From Dehalococcoidia bacterium (GTDB lineage Bacteria; Chloroflexota; Dehalococcoidia; UBA2979), in contig CAXXDN010000002.1 in assembly GCA_963667465.2 (NCBI GenBank), positions 256,001-320,000 of the forward strand: a stretch of 64,000 nucleotides of DNA, written 5' to 3'. Position numbers and translations under genes: made by a program. Positions 9,651-19,395 of the stretch are shown piece after piece. The notes below the pieces were generated by a model, which worked only from the letters and a program-made list of their open reading frames with translations, made no database searches and was not told the DNA's origin. The first letter of the stretch is position 1, and each line of letters opens with the position of its first letter.

Positions 9651-11705
9651 ATGGACAAGTCTGACCCCCCGATCCGGCACGACCCTGAATCCTTCGCGCC
9701 CCTCGACGAGGGCGACTTCGATTCACCCTTCGAGGAGTACGACGAGGAGTACGACGAGGACTTCGGCGACGACTACGAGGGCGGGGACCGCGGCGGACTG
9801 GTCCGCATCATCGCCGTCGTCGGCGTCCTCGTGGCGCTGATCGCCGTCCTCGTCTGGTCCCCGTTCTCGATCATCGATCGCGGCGGCGATGAGCCGGGCG
9901 ACGTCGGCGCCGCCGCGCGCGGCGAGTTGCCCGACGTGGCGGACGGCCTGAGCGCGCGCAGCAAGCTCTACGACCTCGCGGGCGACGGCGCGATCAGCGG
10001 CCCCGCCGAGCTGACCGTGCTGCTCAGCGAGCCGGTCGGTGCGGGCGAACAACTCGGGTTCTACACCTACGTGGGCGGTGAGTGGCGCTACCTCGCGGCC
10101 GTGAGCGTGGTCGAAGACGGCGGCGCGGCGCAGGGCGAGGTCCCGGTCGTACCGAGGAACATTGCCGTCCTCGCGCATACCGAGATCGAGCGCACGATCG
10201 CGCTGATCGTCGAGGCCGGCGCGGCTCCCGACCTCGGCGCGTTGCCCGCTCCGGCGATCGTCGCCGTCCTGGCTGCCGAACCGGGCGAGGACGTGGCCGG
10301 AGAACCGGCGCTCGACGTCCAGGGCGGTGCACTCGACGCTGCGCTTGCGGAATCCGGCGAGGCGCGCGTCTACCTCGGCGTGACGGTGGGCAGCAGCGTC
10401 ATCGCGGAGACCGTGGACCGCCTGCTGGCGACGCCCGAACTCACCACGGTGCACGTCGACGAGCTGCTGATTGCGGCGCAGGACCACGGTGCGGACGGGC
10501 TGCTGATCGACTACGGCGCGCTCGATCCCGCCTTGCGAGCGCCGTTCAGTGATTTCATCGCCGCTCTCGCCGAAGGCGCAGAGGTGCGCGGCCTGGGCCT
10601 GGTGGTCGCGGTCCCGGCACCGGATGGCGCCAACTTCGGCGCATACGACTGGTCCGCGCTGGCCGCCAGCAGCGACGGCCTCTGGCTGCGCGCTCCCCGG
10701 GACGCCTCGGTCTACTACGAGGTGCTGGAGGAGGCGCTTGCCTCGCAACGGGACGACGGCCTCGACCTCTCCCGCGTCTCGCTGATCATCGATCGGCGCT
10801 CGTGGGAGCGCTCGACGGACGGCCTCCGCCCACTCACGCTGCAGGACGGGCTGGCGCTGGCGAGCACGCTCAGCGATGCCGCCGATGGCGCAATTGGGCC
10901 CGGGGACTCCGTCGCCGTCTCCGCCGTCAACATCGACCGCGAGTCGGGCAACAGCGGCCTCTTCTGGGACGACGGCGCGCGAGCCGTGAGCTTCGTCTAC
11001 GCGGGGCGCAGCGGGCCCCGCAGCGTCTGGCTGGAGAACCGCTTCTCCGCGGCCTTCCGCCTGGACCTCGCAGCGCGCTTCGACCTCGGCGGGGTTGTGG
11101 TGGCAGGTGCGGCGCCGAGCGACAAGCTGCCCGACCTCGGAGCGCTCGTCAGCAGCTTCGCCGAGGGCGACTCGGTCGACCTCGAGCTGCCGTACGGGCC
11201 GTACCTCGACCCCGAGTGGAGTGCATCCGACGGAGTCGTCGGGGACGGCGGGAGCGCGGGCGTGGTCGTCTGGCGCGCGCCGGACCGCGAAGGCGCCTAC
11301 GACCTCACCCTGGTCGTTTCGGACGGCACCATCTTCGTCGGCAGGCGGATGGTGATGCACGTCGCCTCGGGGGCGCCGCCGGTCCAGCCGGGCACGAGCA
11401 ACGAGGCGGGCGGTCCGAGCGACGGCGGCGAGAGCACGCCTGCGGCGGCCGCGATCGAGACGCCCTCCCCCGGCACTTCGTCCGGCGCCGACAACTCCGG
11501 CGCCACGCCCGAGGCGACGCCGACGGCCACGCCCGAGCCGACACCGACGGCCACGCCCGAGGCGACGCCGACAGCCACACCCGAGGCGACGCCGACGGCC
11601 ACGCCCGAGCCCACGCCGACGGCCACGCCCGAGCCGACACCGACGGCCACACCCGAGCCGACACCCCCGCCGGAGGGACCGCCGGGCCCGGCCGGCAACA
11701 TCTAG
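9651..11705 (+). CDS. Membrane-anchored extracellular protein with degenerate GH18-like TIM barrel and Pro/Thr tail
   Basis: Acidic N-terminus plus TM; ADGLLIDY, AYDWSAL, VWLENRFS...RFDLGGV resemble GH18. Confidence 0.6.
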   Translation: MDKSDPPIRHDPESFAPLDEGDFDSPFEEYDEEYDEDFGDDYEGGDRGGLVRIIAVVGVLVALIAVLVWSPFSIIDRGGDEPGDVGAAARGELPDVADGLSARSKLYDLAGDGAISGPAELTVLLSEPVGAGEQLGFYTYVGGEWRYLAAVSVVEDGGAAQGEVPVVPRNIAVLAHTEIERTIALIVEAGAAPDLGALPAPAIVAVLAAEPGEDVAGEPALDVQGGALDAALAESGEARVYLGVTVGSSVIAETVDRLLATPELTTVHVDELLIAAQDHGADGLLIDYGALDPALRAPFSDFIAALAEGAEVRGLGLVVAVPAPDGANFGAYDWSALAASSDGLWLRAPRDASVYYEVLEEALASQRDDGLDLSRVSLIIDRRSWERSTDGLRPLTLQDGLALASTLSDAADGAIGPGDSVAVSAVNIDRESGNSGLFWDDGARAVSFVYAGRSGPRSVWLENRFSAAFRLDLAARFDLGGVVVAGAAPSDKLPDLGALVSSFAEGDSVDLELPYGPYLDPEWSASDGVVGDGGSAGVVVWRAPDREGAYDLTLVVSDGTIFVGRRMVMHVASGAPPVQPGTSNEAGGPSDGGESTPAAAAIETPSPGTSSGADNSGATPEATPTATPEPTPTATPEATPTATPEATPTATPEPTPTATPEPTPTATPEPTPPPEGPPGPAGNI
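11501..11666 (+). repeat. Coding 24-nt tandem repeat (ATPE[A/P]TPT)
   Basis: About seven degenerate copies of GCCACGCCCGAGSCGACRCCGACG. Confidence 0.9.
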
Positions 11706-11717
11706 CAGGGAGCGCCG

Positions 11718-12302
11718 ATGCCACTGCGAGTGATCGCCGGGAGCGCACGCGGAGTGCGGTTGCAGACCCCGCGTGGCAGCGCCACGCGGCCAACCTCCGC
11801 GCGCCTGCGCGAGTCGCTGTTCGGCATGCTCGAGGCGGCGGACGCCGACCTCAGTGCGGTGCTCGATCTCTACGCCGGCAGCGGCGCGCTCGGCATCGAG
11901 GCGCTCTCGCGCGGGGCCGGTCGCTGCGTCTTCGTCGAGTCCAGCCGCCGCGTCTCCCGCGTGCTGCGCGACAACCTCGATCGCGCCGGCATGAGTGATC
12001 GCGGCAAGGTGGTCAGCGGCCGCGTTGGCCGCTGGCGACCGGATGAGGACGAACGCTTCACGCTCGTGCTCGCCGACCCGCCGTACGACGATGGCGACTC
12101 GTGGCGCGCGATCGAGCGGGCGATCGAGGGCGCGGTCGCGCCCGGCGCGCTGATCGCGGTCGAACATGCGGCGCGCAGCCAGGCGCCGGCCACGCTCGGC
12201 GGCTGCGCAGTCTGGCGCCGCCGGCGCCAGGGCGACGGCGCGATTGCCGCCTATCGCTGCCTGGCCCCGCGGGATGCAGCGACGGAGGAGCGACAACCGT
12301 GA
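11718..12302 (+). CDS. rsmD: 16S rRNA m2G966 methyltransferase
   Basis: LRVIAGSARG, TRPT..RESLF, LDLYAGSGALGIEALSRGA, DPPY. Confidence 0.93.
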   Translation: MPLRVIAGSARGVRLQTPRGSATRPTSARLRESLFGMLEAADADLSAVLDLYAGSGALGIEALSRGAGRCVFVESSRRVSRVLRDNLDRAGMSDRGKVVSGRVGRWRPDEDERFTLVLADPPYDDGDSWRAIERAIEGAVAPGALIAVEHAARSQAPATLGGCAVWRRRRQGDGAIAAYRCLAPRDAATEERQP

Positions 12303-12775
12303 CGACGGCGATGTACCCCGGCCGCTTTGATCCCGTGACCCTCGGCCACGTCGATATCGCGCGCCGTGCGTCCAACCTCTACGAGAACGTCGTCGTCGCC
12401 GTCGCCAACAGCCGCTCCGCGCTGTTCAGCACGGACGAGCGCGTTGCGCTCTTCGGCGAGGCCGTGGCCGATCTGCCGAACGTGCGCGTCATCGCGAACT
12501 ACGGGCTCACTGTCGACTGCGCACGCGCCGAGGGCGCAACGGTCCTGGTCAAGGGCCTGCGCTCGATCAACGACTTCATGGACGAGTTCGATCAGGCGCT
12601 GATGAATCGCAAGATGGCGCCGGACGTGGATTCGGCGTTCCTGATGACCTCCGTCGAGCATCTGGTGCTCAGCGCCTCGCGGGTTCGCGAGCTGGCGGGC
12701 TTTGGCCTCGATGTGAGCGACCTCGTGCCGCCCGGCGTGGCGGCGGCGCTGCAGGAAAAGTTTGGCGAAGAGTAG
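12299..12775 (+). CDS. coaD: Phosphopantetheine adenylyltransferase
   Basis: YPGRFDPVTLGHVDI, KGLR, SASRVRE; follows rsmD. Confidence 0.93.
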   Translation: MTTAMYPGRFDPVTLGHVDIARRASNLYENVVVAVANSRSALFSTDERVALFGEAVADLPNVRVIANYGLTVDCARAEGATVLVKGLRSINDFMDEFDQALMNRKMAPDVDSAFLMTSVEHLVLSASRVRELAGFGLDVSDLVPPGVAAALQEKFGEE

Positions 12776-12851
12776 CGGGGTGATTGGGTCGTGGCCCGGA
12801 TCCGGCGAGAGCCGGAGCTGCTGCCACAGCGACTGACGGGGAGGCGAACCG

Positions 12852-13703
12852 ATGGATCTGTTGCATCACGTCGACCAGATCGAGGAGCTGGTGGCCAACG
12901 CCCAGCGGATGCCGATCGGCGGGCGCGCGATCGTCGATCGCCAGCGGCTGCTCCACATCGTGGACCAGCTCCGGACGTCCGTCCCCGGCGAGGTCCAGGA
13001 AGCGCAGAAGCTGATCGAGGAGCGCGAGGCGCTGCTGCGCGGCGCCGAGGAAGAGGCGCAGCTGCTGGTGGCGCGCGCCGAAGAGCACGTCACCAAGCTC
13101 ACCGCCCAGCACGAGATCGTCCGCGCCGCGCAGGTGCGCGCCGAGGAGATCGCGCAGGAAGCCGAGCTGCGCGCCGAGGAGCGCCTCGCCGAGGTGAACG
13201 CAGAGATCGAGGGCCGGATCAGCGAGTCGCGCCGCTTCAGCGAGCAGCAGATGGTCGCCGCCGACCGCTATGCCCAGGAGTTGCTTGCCCGGCTCGAGCA
13301 GCAGCTCGAAGCCTTCCGGCGGTCCGTACGCTCCGGCCTCGACCAGCTCGAGGCGCCTCCCGCCGGGTACCGGGCTCCCGCACACGCGGATCGCGCGGAC
13401 CCGGTGCTCGCGGCGCCGGTCACAGCGGATAGCGGCAACGGCAACGGCAACGGGAACGGCAACGGCAACGGGACGGGTCACGAGCGCACGCCACAGCGCT
13501 CACGTTCGGCCCTCGGGACGCTGATGGGACCGGACGCCGAGGCCGCGGCCGCCGGCGACCCGGAGGCGGAGCAGGCCGTGATCGACGACTTTGCGATGCC
13601 GCCCCTCGACGACCAGCCGGGCGCAGCCGGAGCTCCGGCGCCCCCGCCCACCGGCGAGCATGCCGAGGACGGCCCGGAACCGCAGCCTCGCCTGGACTTC
13701 TGA
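12852..13703 (+). CDS. SepIVA/DivIVA-like coiled-coil protein
   Basis: EELVANAQRMP...VDRQRLLHIVDQLR..VPGEVQEA; conserved position after coaD; disordered tail. Confidence 0.7.
   Translation: MDLLHHVDQIEELVANAQRMPIGGRAIVDRQRLLHIVDQLRTSVPGEVQEAQKLIEEREALLRGAEEEAQLLVARAEEHVTKLTAQHEIVRAAQVRAEEIAQEAELRAEERLAEVNAEIEGRISESRRFSEQQMVAADRYAQELLARLEQQLEAFRRSVRSGLDQLEAPPAGYRAPAHADRADPVLAAPVTADSGNGNGNGNGNGNGTGHERTPQRSRSALGTLMGPDAEAAAAGDPEAEQAVIDDFAMPPLDDQPGAAGAPAPPPTGEHAEDGPEPQPRLDF
13433..13472 (+). repeat. Hexanucleotide repeat (GGCAAC)n encoding Gly-Asn
   Basis: About six copies, GNGNGNGNGNGNG. Confidence 0.85.
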
Positions 13704-13725
13704 GCGCGGGAGGGGCCAGGACAGG

Positions 13726-14517
13726 CTAGCCCTCCCAGACCTCCTCGATGAAGTCGAACAGCCGCGCGCGCACGGCGTCGCCCTGCGGCGAGTCGAGCAG
13801 GTTGGTCCCGTGCGCGACCCCGGGGACGACGAGGCGGGCGTCCTCATCAAGCCCGGCGCGCGTTGCGAAGCTGTCGAGGGCGTTCATCGCCGCGAGGTCG
13901 CCCTCCGCCGCGATCAGCGTGAGCGGGCAGGTCACTCCGGCGATCGTGCTCTTCGCATCGAGGCCGCGCATGCGAGACGGCGCCGACAGTACCGCGACGC
14001 CATCGAGGGATTCGTCCACCGCCACGACGATCGCCGCGGTACCGCCCATCGATGCTCCGACAAGCACAATCCCGTCGAATCCGCGTTCGCGCGCGAAGGC
14101 GATCGCCGCGCGCACGTCGTGGTCGATCTCGCCGGGATCCTGTTCGCCTCCGGACGCTCCGTAGCCGCGGAAATCCAGGGTCAGCGCGCTGATGCCGCGC
14201 GACTGGAGCTGCCGCGCGAACGGGTACCACGCCGTCTGATCGGCCGGGAACATGTGCAGCAGGATCACCACCCGCTCCGGGTTCGCCTCGAAAAGCCGCG
14301 CGTCCAGGCTCACGCCATCATCCGTGCGGATCGTCTCCAGCGAGGCGCCCGCGACCGGTTGCGGCTCCGGATCCTGGTCGCCCTGGGTCCGGCAGGCGGC
14401 AAGCAGCGCCGCGCACGCGAGCAGCAGCGCGCTTGCGAGCCGCAGGCCGGGCAGCGGCGGGAATGGCTGCGCCGGAGTGGGCAGCCGCGTGGGAGGCGGC
14501 CGGTGTTGCGTAGCCAT
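13726..14517 (-). CDS. Alpha/beta hydrolase lipoprotein
   Basis: Lipobox LLAAC, DFRGYG, GASMGG, AHGT. Confidence 0.85.
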   Translation of the reverse strand: MATQHRPPPTRLPTPAQPFPPLPGLRLASALLLACAALLAACRTQGDQDPEPQPVAGASLETIRTDDGVSLDARLFEANPERVVILLHMFPADQTAWYPFARQLQSRGISALTLDFRGYGASGGEQDPGEIDHDVRAAIAFARERGFDGIVLVGASMGGTAAIVVAVDESLDGVAVLSAPSRMRGLDAKSTIAGVTCPLTLIAAEGDLAAMNALDSFATRAGLDEDARLVVPGVAHGTNLLDSPQGDAVRARLFDFIEEVWEG

Positions 14518-14522
14518 GGCGT

Positions 14523-17003
14523 CTACCTCAGAACGAGGTTGAGCATCCGGCCGGGCACGTAGATCACTCGCTCCGGTTCGCGGCCGTCGAGCAGCTCGGC
14601 GACACGCGGCCGGGACCCGGCCAGTGCCCGCACCTCCTCCTCCGATGCCGTCGGCGACACGTCGATGCGGTCGCGCAGGCGGCCATTGATCTGCACCGGC
14701 AGCTCCACCGTCTCGAGGACGCTGAGGGCGGGATCGACCGCCGGCCAGTCCTGCTGGTGTACCGAGTAGGGCTGCCCGATGCGCTCCCACAGCTCCTCGG
14801 CGATGTGCGGGCAGACCGGGGCGAGCATCAGTAGCAACAGCCGCAGCGACTCGTTCCAGTCGGCCTCGTCGACGGGCCCGGCCTCGCGGGTCCGCACCAG
14901 CGTGTTGGTCAACTCCATCATCGCGGCGACCGCGGTGTTGAGGTGGAAGCCGGCGTAGTCCTCGGTGACGCGCTCCAGCGTGCGGTGCGCCTCGCGCAGC
15001 GCCGCGCGGGATGCGCCGCCTGCCGCGCCGCCCCCCACCGCCGGATCGGCGGCGAGGCCCCAGACCCGCCTCAGCCAGCGGGCGACGCCGACGATGCCCT
15101 CGACGTCATAGGGGCCGCCCTGGTCCCAGGGCCCCAGGAACATCAGGTAGGCGCGGAAGGTGTCGGCCCCCCATTGCTCGACCTGGTCGTCGGGCGGGAC
15201 GACGTTGCCGCGCGACTTGGACATGCGCCGCCCGTCCGGGCCGAGGATCTGGCCCTGCGCGAAGTAGCGCGTGAACGGCTCATCGCCGGGGACGATCCCG
15301 GCGTCGCGTGCGGCCTTGTAGAAGAAGCGGGCGTAGAGCAGGTGCATCGTCGCGTGCTCGGCGCCGCCGGTGTACTGGTCCACCGGGAGCCAGGCGGTGG
15401 CGGGATCGGGCGCGATTGCCGCCTCGCCGTTCACGGCGTCTGCGTAGCGCATGTAGTACCACGAGGAGCACATGAAGGTGTCCATCGTGTCCGTCTCGCG
15501 CCGCGCCGGTCCCTCGCACTCCGGGCAGGTGGTGCGCACGAAGTCATCGGAGAGCGCGAGCGGCGACTGGCCTGTCGGGAGGAACTCGACGTCGTAGGGC
15601 AGCGCGACCGGCAGCTCGTCCTCGGGCACGGGGACGATGCCGCACTGGCCGGCGCAGTAGACCATCGGGATCGGCGCGCCCCAGTAGCGCTGGCGCGAGA
15701 TCAGCCAGTCGCGGAGGCGGTACTGGATCTTCGGTCCGCCCCAGCCCTGCGCCTCGAGGTGTGCCGTGACCGTCGCCTTGCCCTCCTCCGAGGGCAGCCC
15801 GTCGAAGCTCCCGGAGTTGACCAGCGTGCCCGCCTCGACGAATGCCTCGGCGAGCGGCTTGCCGTCCCACTCGGGCGGCGCGATCACCACCTGGATGGGC
15901 AGCCCGAACTTCTCCGCGAACTCGAAGTCGCGCTGGTCGTGCGCGGGCACGGCCATCACCGCGCCCGTGCCGTAGGTGGCGAGGGCGTAGTCGGCGATCC
16001 AGATCGGGACGCGGTCGCCCGTGAGGTGGTTGACGCACCAGGCGCCGGTGAAGACGCCGGTCTTCTCGCGGTCGGTCGCCTGCCGCTCCAGCTCGGAGGC
16101 GAGCCCCGCGGCGCGCACGTAGGCCTCGACCTCGGCGCGCTGCTCCTCCGTCGTGATCTCCCGTACGAGCCGATGCTCCGGGGCGAGCACCATGAACGTC
16201 ACGCCGTGCAGCGTGTCGGGGCGGGTGGTGAAGACGCGGATCTCGTCGGTGCCGTCCGGTGTGGGGGTTTCGAGGGCGAACGAGGCCTCGGAACCCTCGG
16301 AGCGGCCGATCCAGTTGCGCTGCATCAGCTTGACGTAATCAGGCCATTCGAGGTCTTCGTTGGCCAGCAGTTCCTCGGCGTAGTTGGTGATGCGGAAGAA
16401 CCACTGCTCCATCGCGCGCTGCTCGACCTCGCTGTGGCAGCGCTCGCAGGCGCCGTCGACGACCTGCTCGTTGGCGAGCACGGTGTTGCAGGAGGGGCAC
16501 CAGTTGACTGGGGCGTCGGCGCGGTAGGCGAGCCCCTGGCGGTAGAGCTGGAGGAACCACCACTGCGTCCAGCGGTAGTAGTCCGGCGAGCTGGTGTCGA
16601 CCTCGCGGGTCCAGTCGAACATCGTGCCCATGCGCTTGAGCTGCTCGCGCATGTGGATGATGTTGCCGTCGGTCCAGTCCTTGGGGTGCGCGCCGCCGGC
16701 GATGGCGGCGTTCTCGGCGGGCAGGCCGAAGGCGTCGAAGCCGATCGGGAAGAGCACGTTGTAGCCGCGCATGCGGCGGAAGCGTGCGAGGGCGTCCGAG
16801 GGCGCCATCGCGAACCAGTGGCCGACGTGGAGGTCGCCCGAGGTGTAGGGCAGCATCGTGAGCGCGTACCAGTTGTCGCGCCCGGCTACGTGGTCCTCGG
16901 TGCGATAGAGGCCGCTTTCCTCCCAACGCTGTCGCCAGCGCTGCTCGAGCGCGCCCGGCTCGTAGCGCCCGGTTTGCGGCTGCTGCTCGGTGCTGCTCGT
17001 CAC
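14523..17003 (-). CDS. leuS: Leucyl-tRNA synthetase
   Basis: LHVGH, FTTRPDT, DWLISRQRYWG, RMSKS; GTG start six nt after TACGAT. Confidence 0.97.
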   Translation of the reverse strand: MTSSTEQQPQTGRYEPGALEQRWRQRWEESGLYRTEDHVAGRDNWYALTMLPYTSGDLHVGHWFAMAPSDALARFRRMRGYNVLFPIGFDAFGLPAENAAIAGGAHPKDWTDGNIIHMREQLKRMGTMFDWTREVDTSSPDYYRWTQWWFLQLYRQGLAYRADAPVNWCPSCNTVLANEQVVDGACERCHSEVEQRAMEQWFFRITNYAEELLANEDLEWPDYVKLMQRNWIGRSEGSEASFALETPTPDGTDEIRVFTTRPDTLHGVTFMVLAPEHRLVREITTEEQRAEVEAYVRAAGLASELERQATDREKTGVFTGAWCVNHLTGDRVPIWIADYALATYGTGAVMAVPAHDQRDFEFAEKFGLPIQVVIAPPEWDGKPLAEAFVEAGTLVNSGSFDGLPSEEGKATVTAHLEAQGWGGPKIQYRLRDWLISRQRYWGAPIPMVYCAGQCGIVPVPEDELPVALPYDVEFLPTGQSPLALSDDFVRTTCPECEGPARRETDTMDTFMCSSWYYMRYADAVNGEAAIAPDPATAWLPVDQYTGGAEHATMHLLYARFFYKAARDAGIVPGDEPFTRYFAQGQILGPDGRRMSKSRGNVVPPDDQVEQWGADTFRAYLMFLGPWDQGGPYDVEGIVGVARWLRRVWGLAADPAVGGGAAGGASRAALREAHRTLERVTEDYAGFHLNTAVAAMMELTNTLVRTREAGPVDEADWNESLRLLLLMLAPVCPHIAEELWERIGQPYSVHQQDWPAVDPALSVLETVELPVQINGRLRDRIDVSPTASEEEVRALAGSRPRVAELLDGREPERVIYVPGRMLNLVLR

Positions 17004-17066
17004 CTGCTCATCGTACGAGCGCGGCATGCACGGTCAACCGTGCGCGCCGCCGTGCGGAACCGCCGG

Positions 17067-17516
17067 TCAACCCGCGGCCTCGAATTCGTCCAGATCGACT
17101 ACCTGGGCGGTGGCCGGTGCGAAGGCGCGCACCAGCCGCTGGTCGCCGGTCACGAGAGGGCGCCCGGCGCGCAATGCGAGGGCGACGTACAGGCAGTCGT
17201 ACAGCGACCGTCCGAAGGTGAGCGCCAACTCCAGAGCCTGCGAGGCAAGAGCCGCGCTGGCGACGAGCGCAGGCAGCGCGGCGCTGAGGCAGTCGAGAGC
17301 CTCGCGTGCATCGTCCTCAATCAGGTCGCCGGTCAGGTGCGTGCGCTTCCAAAGGACGTTGCTGACCTCCGCGACATAGATGTCCGGCGCGAGGAGTTCT
17401 GCATCGCCCCGGGCGTACTCTTCCAGCAGGCTGCGGGCGCGGTCAGCGCCCGGCTCGGGGAGCATCCACTTCACGGCGACCGAGGCGTCGACGACGAAGC
17501 TGCGGGCGGAGATCAA
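17067..17516 (-). CDS. vapC: VapC PIN-domain toxin
   Basis: VVDASVAVKW, EVSNVL, YDCLYVALA, LVTGD. Confidence 0.9.
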   Translation of the reverse strand: MISARSFVVDASVAVKWMLPEPGADRARSLLEEYARGDAELLAPDIYVAEVSNVLWKRTHLTGDLIEDDAREALDCLSAALPALVASAALASQALELALTFGRSLYDCLYVALALRAGRPLVTGDQRLVRAFAPATAQVVDLDEFEAAG

Positions 17517-17629
17517 CGCTCGCGGTCTTCGCGGATCAGCGAAACGCTGTCGTCCAGTGCGCCGCCGGCGTGCTCCCTGATGCGAGCGCGCAGTGCGTCC
17601 ATAGCGCGGACACGGTCCTGGAGGCGCAT
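17513..17629 (-). CDS. Short or truncated VapB-like antitoxin (not in ORF track)
   Basis: MRLQDRVRAMDALRARIREHAGGALDDSVSLIREDRER; TGA overlaps the vapC TTG; C-terminus typical of VapB/FitA. Confidence 0.6.
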   Translation of the reverse strand: MRLQDRVRAMDALRARIREHAGGALDDSVSLIREDRER

Positions 17630-17696
17630 ACGGGAACGGCGCCGCTCGATGTGTTCCCGGAGTGCCGACCGAGTGAGTAGACTGCCGCGCGCGCCC

Positions 17697-17876
17697 TCAC
17701 CATGCCGCGAGGATCAGCGCTGCCAGCAGCGGCACGCCGAGCGAGACTGCGATCAGCGCGCGCCGCGACTCGCGCAGGCGTGCCTCCGGCTCGGAGGCGG
17801 CCAGGGCGCGGCGGAACTGCCAGAGCGTGACCAGCACGTAGCAGGCGAACAGCGCCGCGAGAAATGGAACAGCCAT
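17697..17876 (-). CDS. 59-aa two-TM membrane protein (not in ORF track)
   Basis: MAVPFLAALFACYVLVTLWQFRRALAASEPEARLRESRRALIAVSLGVPLLAALILAAW; TACACT-N6-ATG leaderless promoter. Confidence 0.7.
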   Translation of the reverse strand: MAVPFLAALFACYVLVTLWQFRRALAASEPEARLRESRRALIAVSLGVPLLAALILAAW

Positions 17877-17901
17877 GGCGCGAGTGTAGCGGCGCGCCCG
17901 G

Positions 17902-19362
17902 CTAGCGGCCGTCCGCCGTCCCGCTCGGTGGCGCGATCAGCAGGATCGCCCCGTGGAACGTCAGCAGGTAGACCTCGCCACGGGCGTCTGTCCCGAAGGA
18001 GGCGACCTGCTGATCGCTGCGGGCGACCTCGACGACGTCTCCGCTGTCGGGCCCCAGCGCCCAGAGGCGGCCGCTGCAGAAATCGGCGAAGAGGTAGCTG
18101 CCCGCCAGCGTGGGCACGCCCTCGCCCTCGTAGACCACCCCGCCGGTGACGGAGCAGCCGAGGCCGCGCCCGTACTCGGCGATCGGCGGGATTGCGCCCG
18201 CGCGGTCGCAGCCGCTGCGCGGCTCGAAGCAGCGGGTGCCCTCGAGGCGGTCCCAGCCGTAGTCGCCGCCGCGCTCGATCACGTCGATCTCCTCGAGCGC
18301 GTTCTGGCCGACGTCGCCTGTCCAGAGGCGTCCGGCGCTGTCGAAGGCCATACGCCAGGGGTTGCGCAGCCCGTACGCCCAGATCTCGCCGCGCGCGCCC
18401 GGCGTGCCGGTGAACGGGTTGTCGGGCGGGATGCGGTACGGCTCGGCCTCCGAGGCCTCTCGCACGTCGATGCGGATGATGCTGCCGAGCAATGTGCCGA
18501 GGTTCTGCCCGTTCCCCCGCGGGTCGCCGGCCGAGCCGCCGTCGCCGAGGCCGAGGTAGAGCATCCCGTCCGGCCCGAAGCGGATCGCGCCCCCGTTGTG
18601 GTTCGGGAATGGCTGCTCGACCTCGAGGACCACGAGCTCGGACTGCTCGTCCACGGCCAGTGCGTTGTCCGCGTCGACGGTGAAGCGCGAGAGCCGCGTG
18701 CGGCGCGGCCCCGGGTCCGCCGAGCGATCGACCGAGTAGTAGAGCCACAGCCAGCCGTTCGCCGCGAACACCGGATCGACGGCGACGCTGAGCAGGCCTT
18801 CCTCGTTGCTCGCCCGGCTGACCTGTGGGCGCAGGTCGAGCAGCAGCGCCTCGCCGCCCTCGTGGAGGACGTAGACGCGCCCGTCCTGCTCCGCGACGAA
18901 GACGCCGCCGTCCGGGTTCGGCCCGGCCGGATAGGCCCCGAGCTCCACCGGCCGCTCGAACTCCCGCCCGCCGAACGCGGGAACGAGGCTCACGGCGACT
19001 GGCTCGGTCGCCGAGGGCGTCACGGACGCAGGCGTGGCGGTGGAGGTTGGGGACGGCGCCGCCGTCGGTGATGGCGACGCGGTCGGAATTGGCGAGGCTG
19101 TTGGCGAGGGCGAAGCGGTCAGAACGGGCGAGGCTGTTGGCGAGGGCGAAGCGGTCGGCAAGGGAGTGGGGGCGGGCGGTGTCGCCGTCGCCGTCGCGGC
19201 GGCCGTGGGTGTCGCGGTGGCCGTGGGCGACGGCGCGGCCGTCGCGACCGGCGGCGGGCTCGAGACGACCGAGGGCGTGCCGCCGCTCTCGCCCTCGCAG
19301 GCGACGAGCAGCGCCGCGAGAGCCGTCGCGATCAGGGCTGCGCCGAGCGCGCGGCGCGTCAT
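17902..19362 (-). CDS. PQQ-dependent glucose/sorbosone dehydrogenase family lipoprotein
   Basis: Lipobox LVAC, Pro/Thr linker, NHNGG, GDGG, YGLRNPWR, GDVGQ. Confidence 0.9.
   Translation of the reverse strand: MTRRALGAALIATALAALLVACEGESGGTPSVVSSPPPVATAAPSPTATATPTAAATATATPPAPTPLPTASPSPTASPVLTASPSPTASPIPTASPSPTAAPSPTSTATPASVTPSATEPVAVSLVPAFGGREFERPVELGAYPAGPNPDGGVFVAEQDGRVYVLHEGGEALLLDLRPQVSRASNEEGLLSVAVDPVFAANGWLWLYYSVDRSADPGPRRTRLSRFTVDADNALAVDEQSELVVLEVEQPFPNHNGGAIRFGPDGMLYLGLGDGGSAGDPRGNGQNLGTLLGSIIRIDVREASEAEPYRIPPDNPFTGTPGARGEIWAYGLRNPWRMAFDSAGRLWTGDVGQNALEEIDVIERGGDYGWDRLEGTRCFEPRSGCDRAGAIPPIAEYGRGLGCSVTGGVVYEGEGVPTLAGSYLFADFCSGRLWALGPDSGDVVEVARSDQQVASFGTDARGEVYLLTFHGAILLIAPPSGTADGR
19040..19165 (-). 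repeat. Coding repeat TASPSPTASP (linker)
   Basis: GGCGAGGCTGTTGGCGAGGGCGAAGCGGTC duplicated with 36-nt period. Confidence 0.8.
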
Positions 19363-19395
19363 CGGCAGCTTCGAGGCGTTCCCGGTGCGCCGCGA

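Noticed and set aside
11501-11666. 24-nt periodic repeats as a CRISPR array
   Set aside because: No unique spacers, in-frame Pro/Thr linker, no cas genes in the window
14943-18149. 1068-aa plus-strand ORF (also 5565-7607, 9723-12296, 20522-22651, 36300-38348)
   Set aside because: Antisense shadows of leuS, lysS, the GH18-like gene, MMPL and ccmF, as expected in high-GC DNA; no motifs
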